DNA from: Oligoflexus sp. | GTDB lineage: Bacteria > Bdellovibrionota_B > Oligoflexia > Oligoflexales > Oligoflexaceae | DNA length: 22,146 nucleotides | Direction: 5' to 3' | Assembly (NCBI GenBank): GCA_041736305.1 | Contig: JBGSTX010000240.1 | Coordinates: forward strand, 1-22,146 | Shown: piece after piece, positions 1 to 8,465 of the stretch | Layout: every line of letters starts with the position of its first letter | Position numbering within the stretch: position 1 is the first letter of the stretch | Notes under the pieces: generated by a model | Database searches by the model: none | What the model saw: the letters and a program-made list of their open reading frames with translations, nothing else | Told to the model about the DNA's origin: nothing | Program-made: the position numbers and the translations under genes

Positions 1-205
1 TTTCCTCATCGTCAAAGCGTTGCAAGTGCTCATTATCGAGCGTGCGCAAGATATCAATCCAAGTCTCAGGCGCAAAGCTTAGGTCCTCGGGACCTGTCCA
101 GGATTGAAGAAGCGAGCGTGACCAAAGTGGCTCATATTCGACTAAGATGCTGCAAAGCCGCCGGTACCGTTCAGCCCATACAGCGTCTTCTTGGAATTGC
201 GACAA
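1..205 (-). CDS. N-terminal part of a gene running off the left edge; unknown product, possibly a methyltransferase-family protein
   Basis: Not in the ORF track. Hand translation gives TTG at 205-203 with GAGG 6 nt upstream (215-212) and an open frame to position 1 (MSQFQEDAVWAERYRRLCSILVEYEPLWSRSLLQSW...LDNEHLQRFDDEE). The product guess is a weak recollection of similar N-termini. Confidence 0.6.
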   Translation of the reverse strand, partial: MSQFQEDAVWAERYRRLCSILVEYEPLWSRSLLQSWTGPEDLSFAPETWIDILRTLDNEHLQRFDDEE

Positions 206-399
206 ATAGTACCTCTCTTAGAAGCGGCTCCACTCACGCGCTCTTAAGCTTTCTTGTTTCTGGCCAAATTTTTTTACTGACTGCGAGTGATCGATAGCCT
301 TAAATGTCCTATCCTTTTCTGGAATCCAACGCGCAGGGCAGATCCTGATTTTACCGTATCTCTGCGTTTATCACGCCGATAAATTACTTGGAGGCTTCT

Positions 400-1077
400 A
401 TGCATTTCAAATACCTGCTGCCCGCGCTGCTCATCGTGCTGACGAGTCGGCCCGCTCTTGCCTACACCTCTATAGCCGGAGTTCATGGTGGAGGCAAACC
501 CACAGTGATCACGGGGGCTCTTGTGCTGCAGGACACGGAATATGAGACGACAGATCAGTTAGACATAGAAGGGCAGGTTCTCACGGTGGGATTCAAAAAG
601 CTTATCAACGAGCAACTTGCGATCGGTGCCGGAGCTGGCTTCCTTCTCGATGGCGAGCTGCGGCCGCGGCGGAGCTCCTTTGACGATGGGAGCGGTTTCC
701 GTCTTTTCTTCGACGCCGACTATGAATTCAAGCGCTTTGGACCTAACCAGATCCTGGGCACCTTTAGTCTTATTCACGATTCCTTCGAATTCGAGGCTCC
801 TGCCAGCGGCGATATTGAATTTGATATCAATGAGGCAAAAATCGGTGCGCTCTTCATGCATCGTATTCAAAAATTTGCCGTCTACGGTGGTCTGGAGATC
901 TTCCTCTACTCGGACGGTGATTTCGAATTGGTCGACAAGTTCGAAGCCGAGCGAGACAGCCGCCTGAATCTCCGGCTCGGAGGCGCCTTTGCCCTCGACC
1001 CGGCTTTTGACCTCAGGGCTGATCTCTACCTGATGAGTGAGCAAACCCTCACTCTCGGCGTTGATTTCCGCATTTAA
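400..1077 (+). CDS. Exported protein, probable outer-membrane beta-barrel
   Basis: ATG 400 follows GGAGG (390-394). Sec signal peptide (MHFKYLLPALLIVLTSRPALA), alternating amphipathic strands, Gly/aromatic-rich, C-terminal strand LTLGVDFRI. Confidence 0.75.
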   Translation: MHFKYLLPALLIVLTSRPALAYTSIAGVHGGGKPTVITGALVLQDTEYETTDQLDIEGQVLTVGFKKLINEQLAIGAGAGFLLDGELRPRRSSFDDGSGFRLFFDADYEFKRFGPNQILGTFSLIHDSFEFEAPASGDIEFDINEAKIGALFMHRIQKFAVYGGLEIFLYSDGDFELVDKFEAERDSRLNLRLGGAFALDPAFDLRADLYLMSEQTLTLGVDFRI

Positions 1078-2699
1078 TTCTTGGGGGTGCCCGAATACTT
1101 GACTTCAACCGGTTCTTTGAAAAAGTAAGGGTTGAAGCGTTGCATGAAGTCTCGCGCTGCGGATTGAGTCTTGAAGAGAGCGGCATCGAGTTTGAGCGAA
1201 AGACCGCGTCTAATGTAGTAGGCATCCGTGGATTGTGTAAGGTACTGCAAAAGATCAAACTGGCCGCGCCCACCGAGATAGGCTGCGATCGATCCCTTAA
1301 ATATAAGATCGGCTTCAATATCTTTTGCGACTTGCTGGAGCAGAGGGTCCTGCAGCTGATCCATGGCCGCGACTAGGCTCGGCCCTTTGATGATCCCGTA
1401 GGCTTGAGGCTGAACATTGCGCGCCGGTTCGATGCGGAAGCCTTGTGCTCCGCGAATAATAGGAGCGAGTTTAGGCAGAAGTGCCGGATCCAGAAGATGG
1501 ATGACGATTTTCGTCGTCGGTGAGGGACGCGCCGGAATCCAGCCTTTGCCAGCTTGATTTGTCCACTTGTCGAGGATGAGTGTTACTGGTTTGCCGACCC
1601 GCAGACTTTGCAAGGTAACGGCAGCCTTTTTTGCACTCCAGACCGTTTTTTCGAGTTCTTCTGCTTTTTTTACTAACCCCGTCTCCAGAGTAATCTGCAT
1701 TTCATTCAAGCTGCTTAAATCGGCGAGCGGACGAAGATCAGCCAGTGAAAAAGCCCAACCTTCGGCTTTAAAAGGCCGGCGCAGGATCAGTGTCTGCTTG
1801 TTCTGCAGATTTTCAATGCGAACAGGAGTATCCCAGCGTTCTTGATTTTCCATAGTCCAGGTATTCGCCAGAACGATAGGTTCGTCGCTGGATTCGGCCA
1901 AAAAGCCCTCGCTCCAGTAGCTGCTCTTGCTCGTTTGCCACTCGACTTGAACCAATTTATCCTTCGGTTCTTCCACCAGAGCTATCTTAGGCGCTGGGGG
2001 GGGCGGAGCTTTCACCACGGGCTTAGGCTTGGGTGGAGGTGGAGGTGGAGGTGGGGGTGGGGGTGGAGTCACCTTGATAGAAGGTACGTCCATTCCATCG
2101 ACGAGGGAGTTAGCCGAGTTTTTGTTCAGTTTGACTTCGCTATCAGCTGCCTGAAGATTGGCTAGAGAAGTGGCGTCAATCTTGCTTTTGATGGTGATAC
2201 CTTCAGGGTTAGTCGCTTTAATCAGAGCATTTGCCCCTAAGCTAAAAACGCCGTCGAGATTAGATAAATCGATGTTATAGCTTTGCGAAGCGATCGAGAG
2301 CAGACTCTTCTTATCTTGGTTTTTCTTCCCCTTTGCCGGAGCCGCTTTATGGACGGCGACTCCCCCGCGAAGGACAGAAATTTCCAGACCTTGATCGAGC
2401 GCTTGCTGCTGGATCTTGAGCTGGGTGTCTTCAGGCAACTGTATCTCTGTTCCATCGTTGAGAACTAGTATCGCCGTACTCGTATCACCGGTGGCAATCG
2501 AATCGAAAGCGAAAAAGCGGGCGTCTTTTCGCGAGGGCGCCCAAGCGAAAGTACCCGCCCGGCGGACTTCGACTTTCCCACTGCTGCTCTTGAGACTGGC
2601 TAATGCTTCGCCTTCGCCCTGGTGCCCTTCGGGCCAGAGAATCCAAGCGATAGTGGCTCCCATGAAGAGAGACCAGATGAAAAAGAATTGGCGCGACAT
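1074..2699 (-). CDS. Membrane-anchored FecR-like domain protein with polyproline linker and unknown C-terminal region
   Basis: ATG 2699 follows GAGGGG. N-terminal TM helix, then FecR-like signature (GKVEVRR..W...DSIATGDTSTAILVLNDGTEIQLPEDTQLKI...VLRGGV), followed by P12-KPKP-VVKA-P4. Confidence 0.75.
   Translation of the reverse strand: MSRQFFFIWSLFMGATIAWILWPEGHQGEGEALASLKSSSGKVEVRRAGTFAWAPSRKDARFFAFDSIATGDTSTAILVLNDGTEIQLPEDTQLKIQQQALDQGLEISVLRGGVAVHKAAPAKGKKNQDKKSLLSIASQSYNIDLSNLDGVFSLGANALIKATNPEGITIKSKIDATSLANLQAADSEVKLNKNSANSLVDGMDVPSIKVTPPPPPPPPPPPPKPKPVVKAPPPPAPKIALVEEPKDKLVQVEWQTSKSSYWSEGFLAESSDEPIVLANTWTMENQERWDTPVRIENLQNKQTLILRRPFKAEGWAFSLADLRPLADLSSLNEMQITLETGLVKKAEELEKTVWSAKKAAVTLQSLRVGKPVTLILDKWTNQAGKGWIPARPSPTTKIVIHLLDPALLPKLAPIIRGAQGFRIEPARNVQPQAYGIIKGPSLVAAMDQLQDPLLQQVAKDIEADLIFKGSIAAYLGGRGQFDLLQYLTQSTDAYYIRRGLSLKLDAALFKTQSAARDFMQRFNPYFFKEPVEVKYSGTPKN
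2031..2066. repeat. Low-complexity TGGAGG/TGGGGG tandem repeat encoding 12 consecutive prolines on the minus strand
   Basis: Plus strand reads GGG TGG AGG TGG AGG TGG AGG TGG GGG TGG GGG TGG, in frame with the FecR-like CDS. Confidence 0.9.
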
Positions 2700-2722
2700 A
2701 CACCCCTCATGAATCAAAAATC

Positions 2723-2749
2723 GTATCGGTATAAAAATCTACAAGTGTA
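2723..2749 (-). promoter_or_regulatory. Putative sigma28 (FliA)-type promoter for the FecR-like gene
   Basis: Minus strand TACA-N15-ACCGATAC against consensus TAAA-N15-GCCGATAA; ends about 24 nt before the ATG. Confidence 0.5.
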
Positions 2750-2753
2750 GGTG

Positions 2754-2780
2754 TGAATTTTTTTTTTGAACTGCCGAAGA
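2754..2780 (+). promoter_or_regulatory. Putative sigma28 (FliA)-type promoter for the SpoIIE operon
   Basis: TGAA(TTTT)-N15-GCCGAAGA against consensus TAAA(GTTT)-N15-GCCGATAA; ends 28 nt before ATG 2809. Confidence 0.55.
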
Positions 2781-2808
2781 GTATTGGAAGAATCGAGGGA
2801 GAAATCTC

Positions 2809-4680
2809 ATGGCGTTTGGTATTCGCCGAAGTTTCGGAGCAAAAATATTTGCATTCACAGCAGTACTCGTACTACTGCTGGTAGGCTTTATTACGGGCAA
2901 GAACAGTTTATACATGCGAGATTCACTCAGCAGGCAGTATCAGAGTTCGCTCATCGATACGACGCAGTTGCTGGGCGAGAGAATATCCGGCTTATTGACC
3001 CGCTGGGACACTAAGCTCGGCTTCTTCGTGCAGGCCCTCCTACCGATGTCCGAGGGAGATCGTCTCAGTTTCGCCCGCTCCTTTCTGAAAGGAGAAAATG
3101 GGGTCGAAGGGATGCAGGTGATCCGCATCCAAGAAAAAGCTGAAACTATCATAAATGAAATGGGCTCACCCGAGTGGTCCCTCGATCCTCAATTGATCGT
3201 AACAAACTTAAAGGATCAGGAGATCGATGTCTTCAAACATCCTAGCGCCAAGAACATGGGTGTTCTTATGCGTAAAATCAAGCTCAAAGGGACGGATTCA
3301 GCGATAGCAGTGGCCCTGATCTTTGACGTGAAGACTCTCCTCGTCTCGGAAGCCAGCGACTCCAAGGCTCAGACCTACCTGCTCGATAAGCGCTTTGAAG
3401 ATATACTTACTCGGCAGACTTACGGACGGATCGTTGGGCAAAAAAGCTTTGCAAAAAAGGCCCAGGCGGTGGTTAAAGGTGATATCGGCTCTGGTTATCT
3501 TGGTGAACTTGCTCAAGGGGAACAACGCTACTTCGTCGCTTATCACCAGATGCAGCCCTATCCTCTCCTCCTGATAATCCACCAAGATACCGGTGCGATT
3601 CAGCAGGCAATTATGAGTTTTATTATAGAAATGTTGAAATGGACGATTTTCTTCGTCTTGCTCGCAGTATTCTTTTCAAATCTCATCGTCAAGAACCTTC
3701 TGCGCAATCTCCACGATCTCACCGGCGCTACGCTCAAGGTTGGTCAAGGACATTTCAATACCACTATACCGGTACGTTCACAGGACGAAATAGGTCAGCT
3801 TTCCTCATCTTTTAACCTCATGACCAAGAAAATCGTGAGTTTGCTCGAGTCAGAAACCCAAAAAGCGCGTCTCGAGCAGGAACTATCGACAGCACAAACG
3901 ATCCAAAATACTTTCTTTAAAGATAAAGCGATCGAAAAAGAGCACCTGCGGATCAGCAGTTTCTACAAGCCGGCCTCAGAGTGCGGTGGCGACTGGTGGG
4001 GCTACTTCCCTCTAGGTGATGGTCTCGACCTCATACTCATAGGTGATGCTACCGGTCATGGCGTTCCCGCGGCACTGGTGACGGCGATCGCTTATGCTTG
4101 CTCGAGCATCCATGCTGGGCAGATGGAAGAGGGGCTCAGTACCCCAGACGATCCATCCTTGGTTCTGAGAACTCTCAATACTCTCCTCAATAAGACTCTT
4201 GGGGGCGAGATATGTATGAGCTTTTTGGCTCTTATTATCGATAGCCAGCATGAACGCCTTATCTACTCTAACGCCGGGCATCCTTTCCCCCTTCTCATCC
4301 CAGCGAATGGCGCCGACGAGCGTCTAAGCAACAAGAAACTGCCCTATCGTTCGCTCATGCAGAAGCACAAGGCCGCCAACATCCTGGGAATCGACCCGGC
4401 CACAGAGTTTTTCATTGACGAAGTTCCGTTGCGCGAAGGTGACAAGATTCTCATCTATACCGATGGCCTGACCGAATGTACCGATCAAAAGGGCAAGCAG
4501 TGGGGGAGCAGAGGCCTCCAAAAAATTCTTACAGAACATAAGGCTTTGCAGCCCGAACAGCTGCAAAGCACAATTAAAGATCAAGTTATCAGTTTCAACG
4601 CTAAAGGCGATCAGTTTGCAGACGATATAACATTAGTAGTAATTGAGTATCTTCATAAGGCTAAAGCAGAGGCGGCATGA
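2809..4680 (+). CDS. Membrane-bound PP2C/SpoIIE (RsbU-like) serine phosphatase with periplasmic (Cache-like) sensor and HAMP domain
   Basis: Two TM helices flank a periplasmic region; HAMP (..QDEIGQLSSSFNLM..); SpoIIE motifs GGDWW, IGDATGHGVPAA, YSNAGH, YTDGLTE, DDIT. Confidence 0.92.
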   Translation: MAFGIRRSFGAKIFAFTAVLVLLLVGFITGKNSLYMRDSLSRQYQSSLIDTTQLLGERISGLLTRWDTKLGFFVQALLPMSEGDRLSFARSFLKGENGVEGMQVIRIQEKAETIINEMGSPEWSLDPQLIVTNLKDQEIDVFKHPSAKNMGVLMRKIKLKGTDSAIAVALIFDVKTLLVSEASDSKAQTYLLDKRFEDILTRQTYGRIVGQKSFAKKAQAVVKGDIGSGYLGELAQGEQRYFVAYHQMQPYPLLLIIHQDTGAIQQAIMSFIIEMLKWTIFFVLLAVFFSNLIVKNLLRNLHDLTGATLKVGQGHFNTTIPVRSQDEIGQLSSSFNLMTKKIVSLLESETQKARLEQELSTAQTIQNTFFKDKAIEKEHLRISSFYKPASECGGDWWGYFPLGDGLDLILIGDATGHGVPAALVTAIAYACSSIHAGQMEEGLSTPDDPSLVLRTLNTLLNKTLGGEICMSFLALIIDSQHERLIYSNAGHPFPLLIPANGADERLSNKKLPYRSLMQKHKAANILGIDPATEFFIDEVPLREGDKILIYTDGLTECTDQKGKQWGSRGLQKILTEHKALQPEQLQSTIKDQVISFNAKGDQFADDITLVVIEYLHKAKAEAA

Positions 4681-6341
4681 GAGTAGCACTGGCCATAACA
4701 CTAACCTTCCTCACTCGCTTTGCTTGGGCGCAGGCAGCCAAGCCTCCCGTTGCGGAAGTTGTGCCAGTCGAAGAAGCAGACGTCGTGCCGGAAGCTCCTC
4801 AAACTGAGCCCCAAAAGCCCACTGCGCCTGTACCTGCAGCTTCATCAAACAAAACTAAGCCCGCTGGGACGAGTCCAGCGACCGCCCATATAGTCCCTAT
4901 TTTAGCCGAGCAGCAATCGGCTTTTATCGCCTTTCAATCGACTGAAAATACCAGTAAAGACCCAGCTCTGGCCAAAAACTGGAAAGAATTCTGCGATCGA
5001 CTCGGCCGGGGCTTGACTATCAACGCTCTAACGCCTGGCTTTCTCGCGAGCTACAGCTGTCTACCTCTCGGTGTGGTCGATCAACCCAGCAAAGCTCCGC
5101 CCTGGCGCATTCGGATCATCGAGCAAAAGCGCTTCTTCGAAGTGGAAGTCAGCTACTTTCATAAGCCCGAAGGCTATCTCAAGGTGCGGTCCTACAACTT
5201 TCGCTTTGAAGGCAGTCTCCTCAGCAACTTGAAAGGCGAAGTCCTTCCTGTGACCGTCGCTCGGATGCTAGCAGAAGGCCTCCCGGTCGGCTGGTCCTAT
5301 TTGCATGATGCCAGCAAGAAGGAAATCGAATTCAAGGTCGGCAAAGACCAACCAAAGCTACCGAAAAAGATCTTGGTTTATGATCTGTCCTACGACAGCA
5401 AGCGGAAGATATGGATCCCAGCGGTCCGCGCGCTCCTCACGCAAAAGTCTTTCAAAATCGCCGATAAGAACTCAAGGACCGAAACCTTTGAGATTAGCCA
5501 AGAGTACTTGCCTCTCAAAGATAAGCAGCGCTACTGGCTCCAAAATGGAGAAGGCCTCAGCAAGCAACAGGCTGATTATGAAAAGGCTATGGGTTCGCAA
5601 ATGAAAGGCCTCTCCCTCATGAGCTTCCTCGACCGCCTGATTTTCGACAGCTTTGAGTCTAACTACGCCGGTTTCCGTTATGGCAAGTCGTTTTTAATTG
5701 GGGAATCGATCGTAACCGAAGCTGACCTGATGACGTTTCTGGTTGAAATGCGCAGCGGGCTTTTTTCGGGTCTACGTTGGTATTACGACCTTTCGCCGGA
5801 GAAGAGGCGGGGAGTCGATGGGGAGGCTGAGTTTTTCAGCATGAGCCGCGCTTCACTCGGCTGGGCTTTCGATTTTGAGATGCCGGCGCCTATATCCCTG
5901 CTGGTATCCCGTGTTGAAGTTCAACCAAAATTCGGTCTCCTCGACGTCAAAACCAAGTTCTCGGTAGTCGATGAAGAAGGCCAGGGAACTTCGCTCAACT
6001 TTGATGCCAAGAACGTCTACGATCTCGCCATCGAATTGGGAATTGAGAAAGAATCTTACTGGTTCCGCTCCCGACTCTGGACCTCTTTCAGCGCCGCCAT
6101 GTTCGGAGTCTCGAATCCTTCGAAAACCAGCGTCATCAGCAGCAAAGCCGGCCTCGATGCATACTGGGACTTCATCGAATGGGGAAATAGCTGGGATATC
6201 AATATCTTGACCTTCGCCTTGGGAGAACGTCTTACGCTCGGGCAAGAGGCAACATTTCTCGGTGAAGAAGAGCAGCTGGGAATTTCTGAGGTATCGTTCA
6301 ATCTCTTTTTCGTCGGCGGAGGATTTACACTATCATGGTAA
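4677..6341 (+). CDS. Exported hypothetical protein, probable C-terminal outer-membrane beta-barrel
   Basis: ATGA overlap with the phosphatase stop. Signal peptide (..FAWA-Q), Pro/Ala-rich linker, amphipathic strands in the C-terminal half, ends GGGFTLSW (terminal aromatic). Confidence 0.75.
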   Translation: MRVALAITLTFLTRFAWAQAAKPPVAEVVPVEEADVVPEAPQTEPQKPTAPVPAASSNKTKPAGTSPATAHIVPILAEQQSAFIAFQSTENTSKDPALAKNWKEFCDRLGRGLTINALTPGFLASYSCLPLGVVDQPSKAPPWRIRIIEQKRFFEVEVSYFHKPEGYLKVRSYNFRFEGSLLSNLKGEVLPVTVARMLAEGLPVGWSYLHDASKKEIEFKVGKDQPKLPKKILVYDLSYDSKRKIWIPAVRALLTQKSFKIADKNSRTETFEISQEYLPLKDKQRYWLQNGEGLSKQQADYEKAMGSQMKGLSLMSFLDRLIFDSFESNYAGFRYGKSFLIGESIVTEADLMTFLVEMRSGLFSGLRWYYDLSPEKRRGVDGEAEFFSMSRASLGWAFDFEMPAPISLLVSRVEVQPKFGLLDVKTKFSVVDEEGQGTSLNFDAKNVYDLAIELGIEKESYWFRSRLWTSFSAAMFGVSNPSKTSVISSKAGLDAYWDFIEWGNSWDINILTFALGERLTLGQEATFLGEEEQLGISEVSFNLFFVGGGFTLSW

Positions 6342-7207
6342 GATCACAGCTGCTCACGATAAGCCTTTTTCTGGGGATTTTAGCTCGTTCTGAGCCATCG
6401 CAGGCTGAAGCTGCGATACCAGACCCACGAGCCTGGGCCCACGAACTACCCGAAACCCTCTGGAGCAGCATGCCCGGACTGGTCAGGAACTTCACACTGA
6501 TCACTAAGGATGCGGCCCAGGAAAAGAAGTGGTTAAAGGCCACAGAAAATGTGCCTGGCCTAGGCTTTCTGCGTTTTGTCCCCAGTTCAGCTCTGGGCTT
6601 TTTTCGTGCTCTCAACGCTGCCGAAGATGGCACGCTAGCGCCCGAAGATGCCAGCCTAGCAGCTGTTCCCGTGCAAATAATGCTGCGTGATGAAGGCAAG
6701 ATCAACGTCCAGGCTATGGTCAAGGGACAGTTGAAAAGTTTGGGCAAATGGGGCATCAAGAAGGAAGATCGCGCCAACGGCGAGAGTTTCTACCGCTATG
6801 TGGCCGGCAAACTTGGCTACGATGCCGTGGTGCTGGATCAGAAGGACGATTTTATTCTCGCGGCCACTATTCTCAATAAAACCGAGCTAGGGCAGGGCCT
6901 TCTGCTCAAGAATTCAGCTACAAAAGTTTTCCTGAAAAAGGGGAAGCAACAAGGCGACGCTCTTCTTCAAATGCTGAGGATCGAAGGTGAGTTCGTGGTA
7001 TTCGAAAGTCTTCTAACGACTGGCCAAGCTGCGAAGATAGTACCCGGTTCCAAAATTCTCCTGGGCCAGAGCGAGCAATTGAAGCAGATGATGGGGCCCA
7101 CCAAAGGCTCAAAGACTGCTCCTGCGACTCCAGATTCGCCAACTCCTGAAAAGCCTGAAGCACCAGCAGAAGAAGAAGGTGCAGCCCCGAGAGAAGCTGC
7201 GCCCTAA
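6335..7207 (+). CDS. Exported hypothetical protein with Pro/Glu/Ala-rich tail
   Basis: 7-nt overlap with the upstream gene, signal-peptide-like N-terminus, 290 aa ORF. Confidence 0.75.
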   Translation: MVRSQLLTISLFLGILARSEPSQAEAAIPDPRAWAHELPETLWSSMPGLVRNFTLITKDAAQEKKWLKATENVPGLGFLRFVPSSALGFFRALNAAEDGTLAPEDASLAAVPVQIMLRDEGKINVQAMVKGQLKSLGKWGIKKEDRANGESFYRYVAGKLGYDAVVLDQKDDFILAATILNKTELGQGLLLKNSATKVFLKKGKQQGDALLQMLRIEGEFVVFESLLTTGQAAKIVPGSKILLGQSEQLKQMMGPTKGSKTAPATPDSPTPEKPEAPAEEEGAAPREAAP

Positions 7208-7231
7208 TTCAGTCATGCAAGCTCTATGGAC

Positions 7232-8377
7232 TCAAAGCACTTTAGCACTGAAGCGTGGCCACTGCGACGAGTCGGTGCTCAGACACTGCTTAGCCAGATC
7301 CAAAGACTCCCCAATCACCACGTGCATATCAAGATAGCGGTAGGTGCCGAGTCGCCCGATGAAACTTAGTTTTTCGGTCGACTGAGCGCGTTCTACGTAG
7401 CGCTTCAGCAGCTCTTTATCACCTTCGAGACGAAGCGGGTAATAGGGGGTATCCGAGGGTTCAGCGAGCTTGCTGTATTCGCGGAAGCAGACTGTATCAG
7501 CGTGCTCTTCCCAAGGAGCAAAGTGCTTGTGCTCGGCGATGCGTGTATAGGGAATCTTCTCTTGGCAGTAGTTGATGACCGGGTTACCCTGATAATCCCC
7601 ACTGGCGTCGAAGCGCTCGAACACGAGACTGCGATACTTCAGACGACCCATGTCGAAGTTAAAGTAGGCGTCCACAGGACCGCTGAAAAAGACGTGTGAA
7701 AACTCCGGTGCATAGGACGGGAGATATTTTTCGCCAAGCTGTACGTGAATAGATGGGTGATCGAGCAGCTTTTCGACGATAGTCGTATAGCCTTCCAGCG
7801 GAATTCCCTGGAATTTACTCATATAGTAGTTGTCATCATAGTTGAAACGCACGGGCAAGCGCTGCAGAATAGACGCCGGTAGCTGGCTCGGCTCGACTCC
7901 CCACTGCTTTTTCGTATAACCGTAAAAGAAGTTCTCGTAAAGCTCGCGGCCGAGGAATTTCAAAGCCTGATCTTCGAAGGAGCGGGGCTCCGTGATTGAG
8001 CTGTCGCCGAGACTCGAGACGAACTCCTTCGCTTCTCGCGGATTGAAGTTCTTGCCAAAGAATTGATTGATGGTCAGCAGGTTGATCGGCAGCGAGAAGA
8101 CGCCCCGATCACTTACAGCCTTGACTCGATTGGTATATTGTCCGAATTTCGCCCAGCGATTGATATAAGTCCAAACGTCTTCGCGGCTCGTGTTGAAAAT
8201 ATGCGGGCCGTACTCGTGGATCATGATTCCTGTTTTTGGATCGCGGTAGGTGTGACAATTGCCTGCCACGTGCTGACGTTCTTCGAAAACCACTATATTG
8301 AATCGACCGCTTTCGGCCAGTTCGCGTGCCAGCACAGCTCCGGCAAAGCCCGCTCCGGCTATCCCTATCGTTTGCAT
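7232..8377 (-). CDS. glf: UDP-galactopyranose mutase (pyranose-furanose mutase)
   Basis: FAD motif GAGFAG, GNC, HEYGPHIF, YTKKQWG, RLPVR, PYTRIAEHKHF, PYYP, GRLGTYRYLDM. Confidence 0.95.
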   Translation of the reverse strand: MQTIGIAGAGFAGAVLARELAESGRFNIVVFEERQHVAGNCHTYRDPKTGIMIHEYGPHIFNTSREDVWTYINRWAKFGQYTNRVKAVSDRGVFSLPINLLTINQFFGKNFNPREAKEFVSSLGDSSITEPRSFEDQALKFLGRELYENFFYGYTKKQWGVEPSQLPASILQRLPVRFNYDDNYYMSKFQGIPLEGYTTIVEKLLDHPSIHVQLGEKYLPSYAPEFSHVFFSGPVDAYFNFDMGRLKYRSLVFERFDASGDYQGNPVINYCQEKIPYTRIAEHKHFAPWEEHADTVCFREYSKLAEPSDTPYYPLRLEGDKELLKRYVERAQSTEKLSFIGRLGTYRYLDMHVVIGESLDLAKQCLSTDSSQWPRFSAKVL

Positions 8378-8465
8378 GATTACGCTTCCTTCTGGTTCTT
8401 ATGGACTTAAATTACTGTGAATTACCTATGGAAAGGGCCCGATTAAATTCCACAGGGCAGAAATA

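Noticed and set aside
1074-1077. Overlapping convergent stop codons (TTAA)
   Set aside because: Common in compact bacterial genomes; no further evidence of function.
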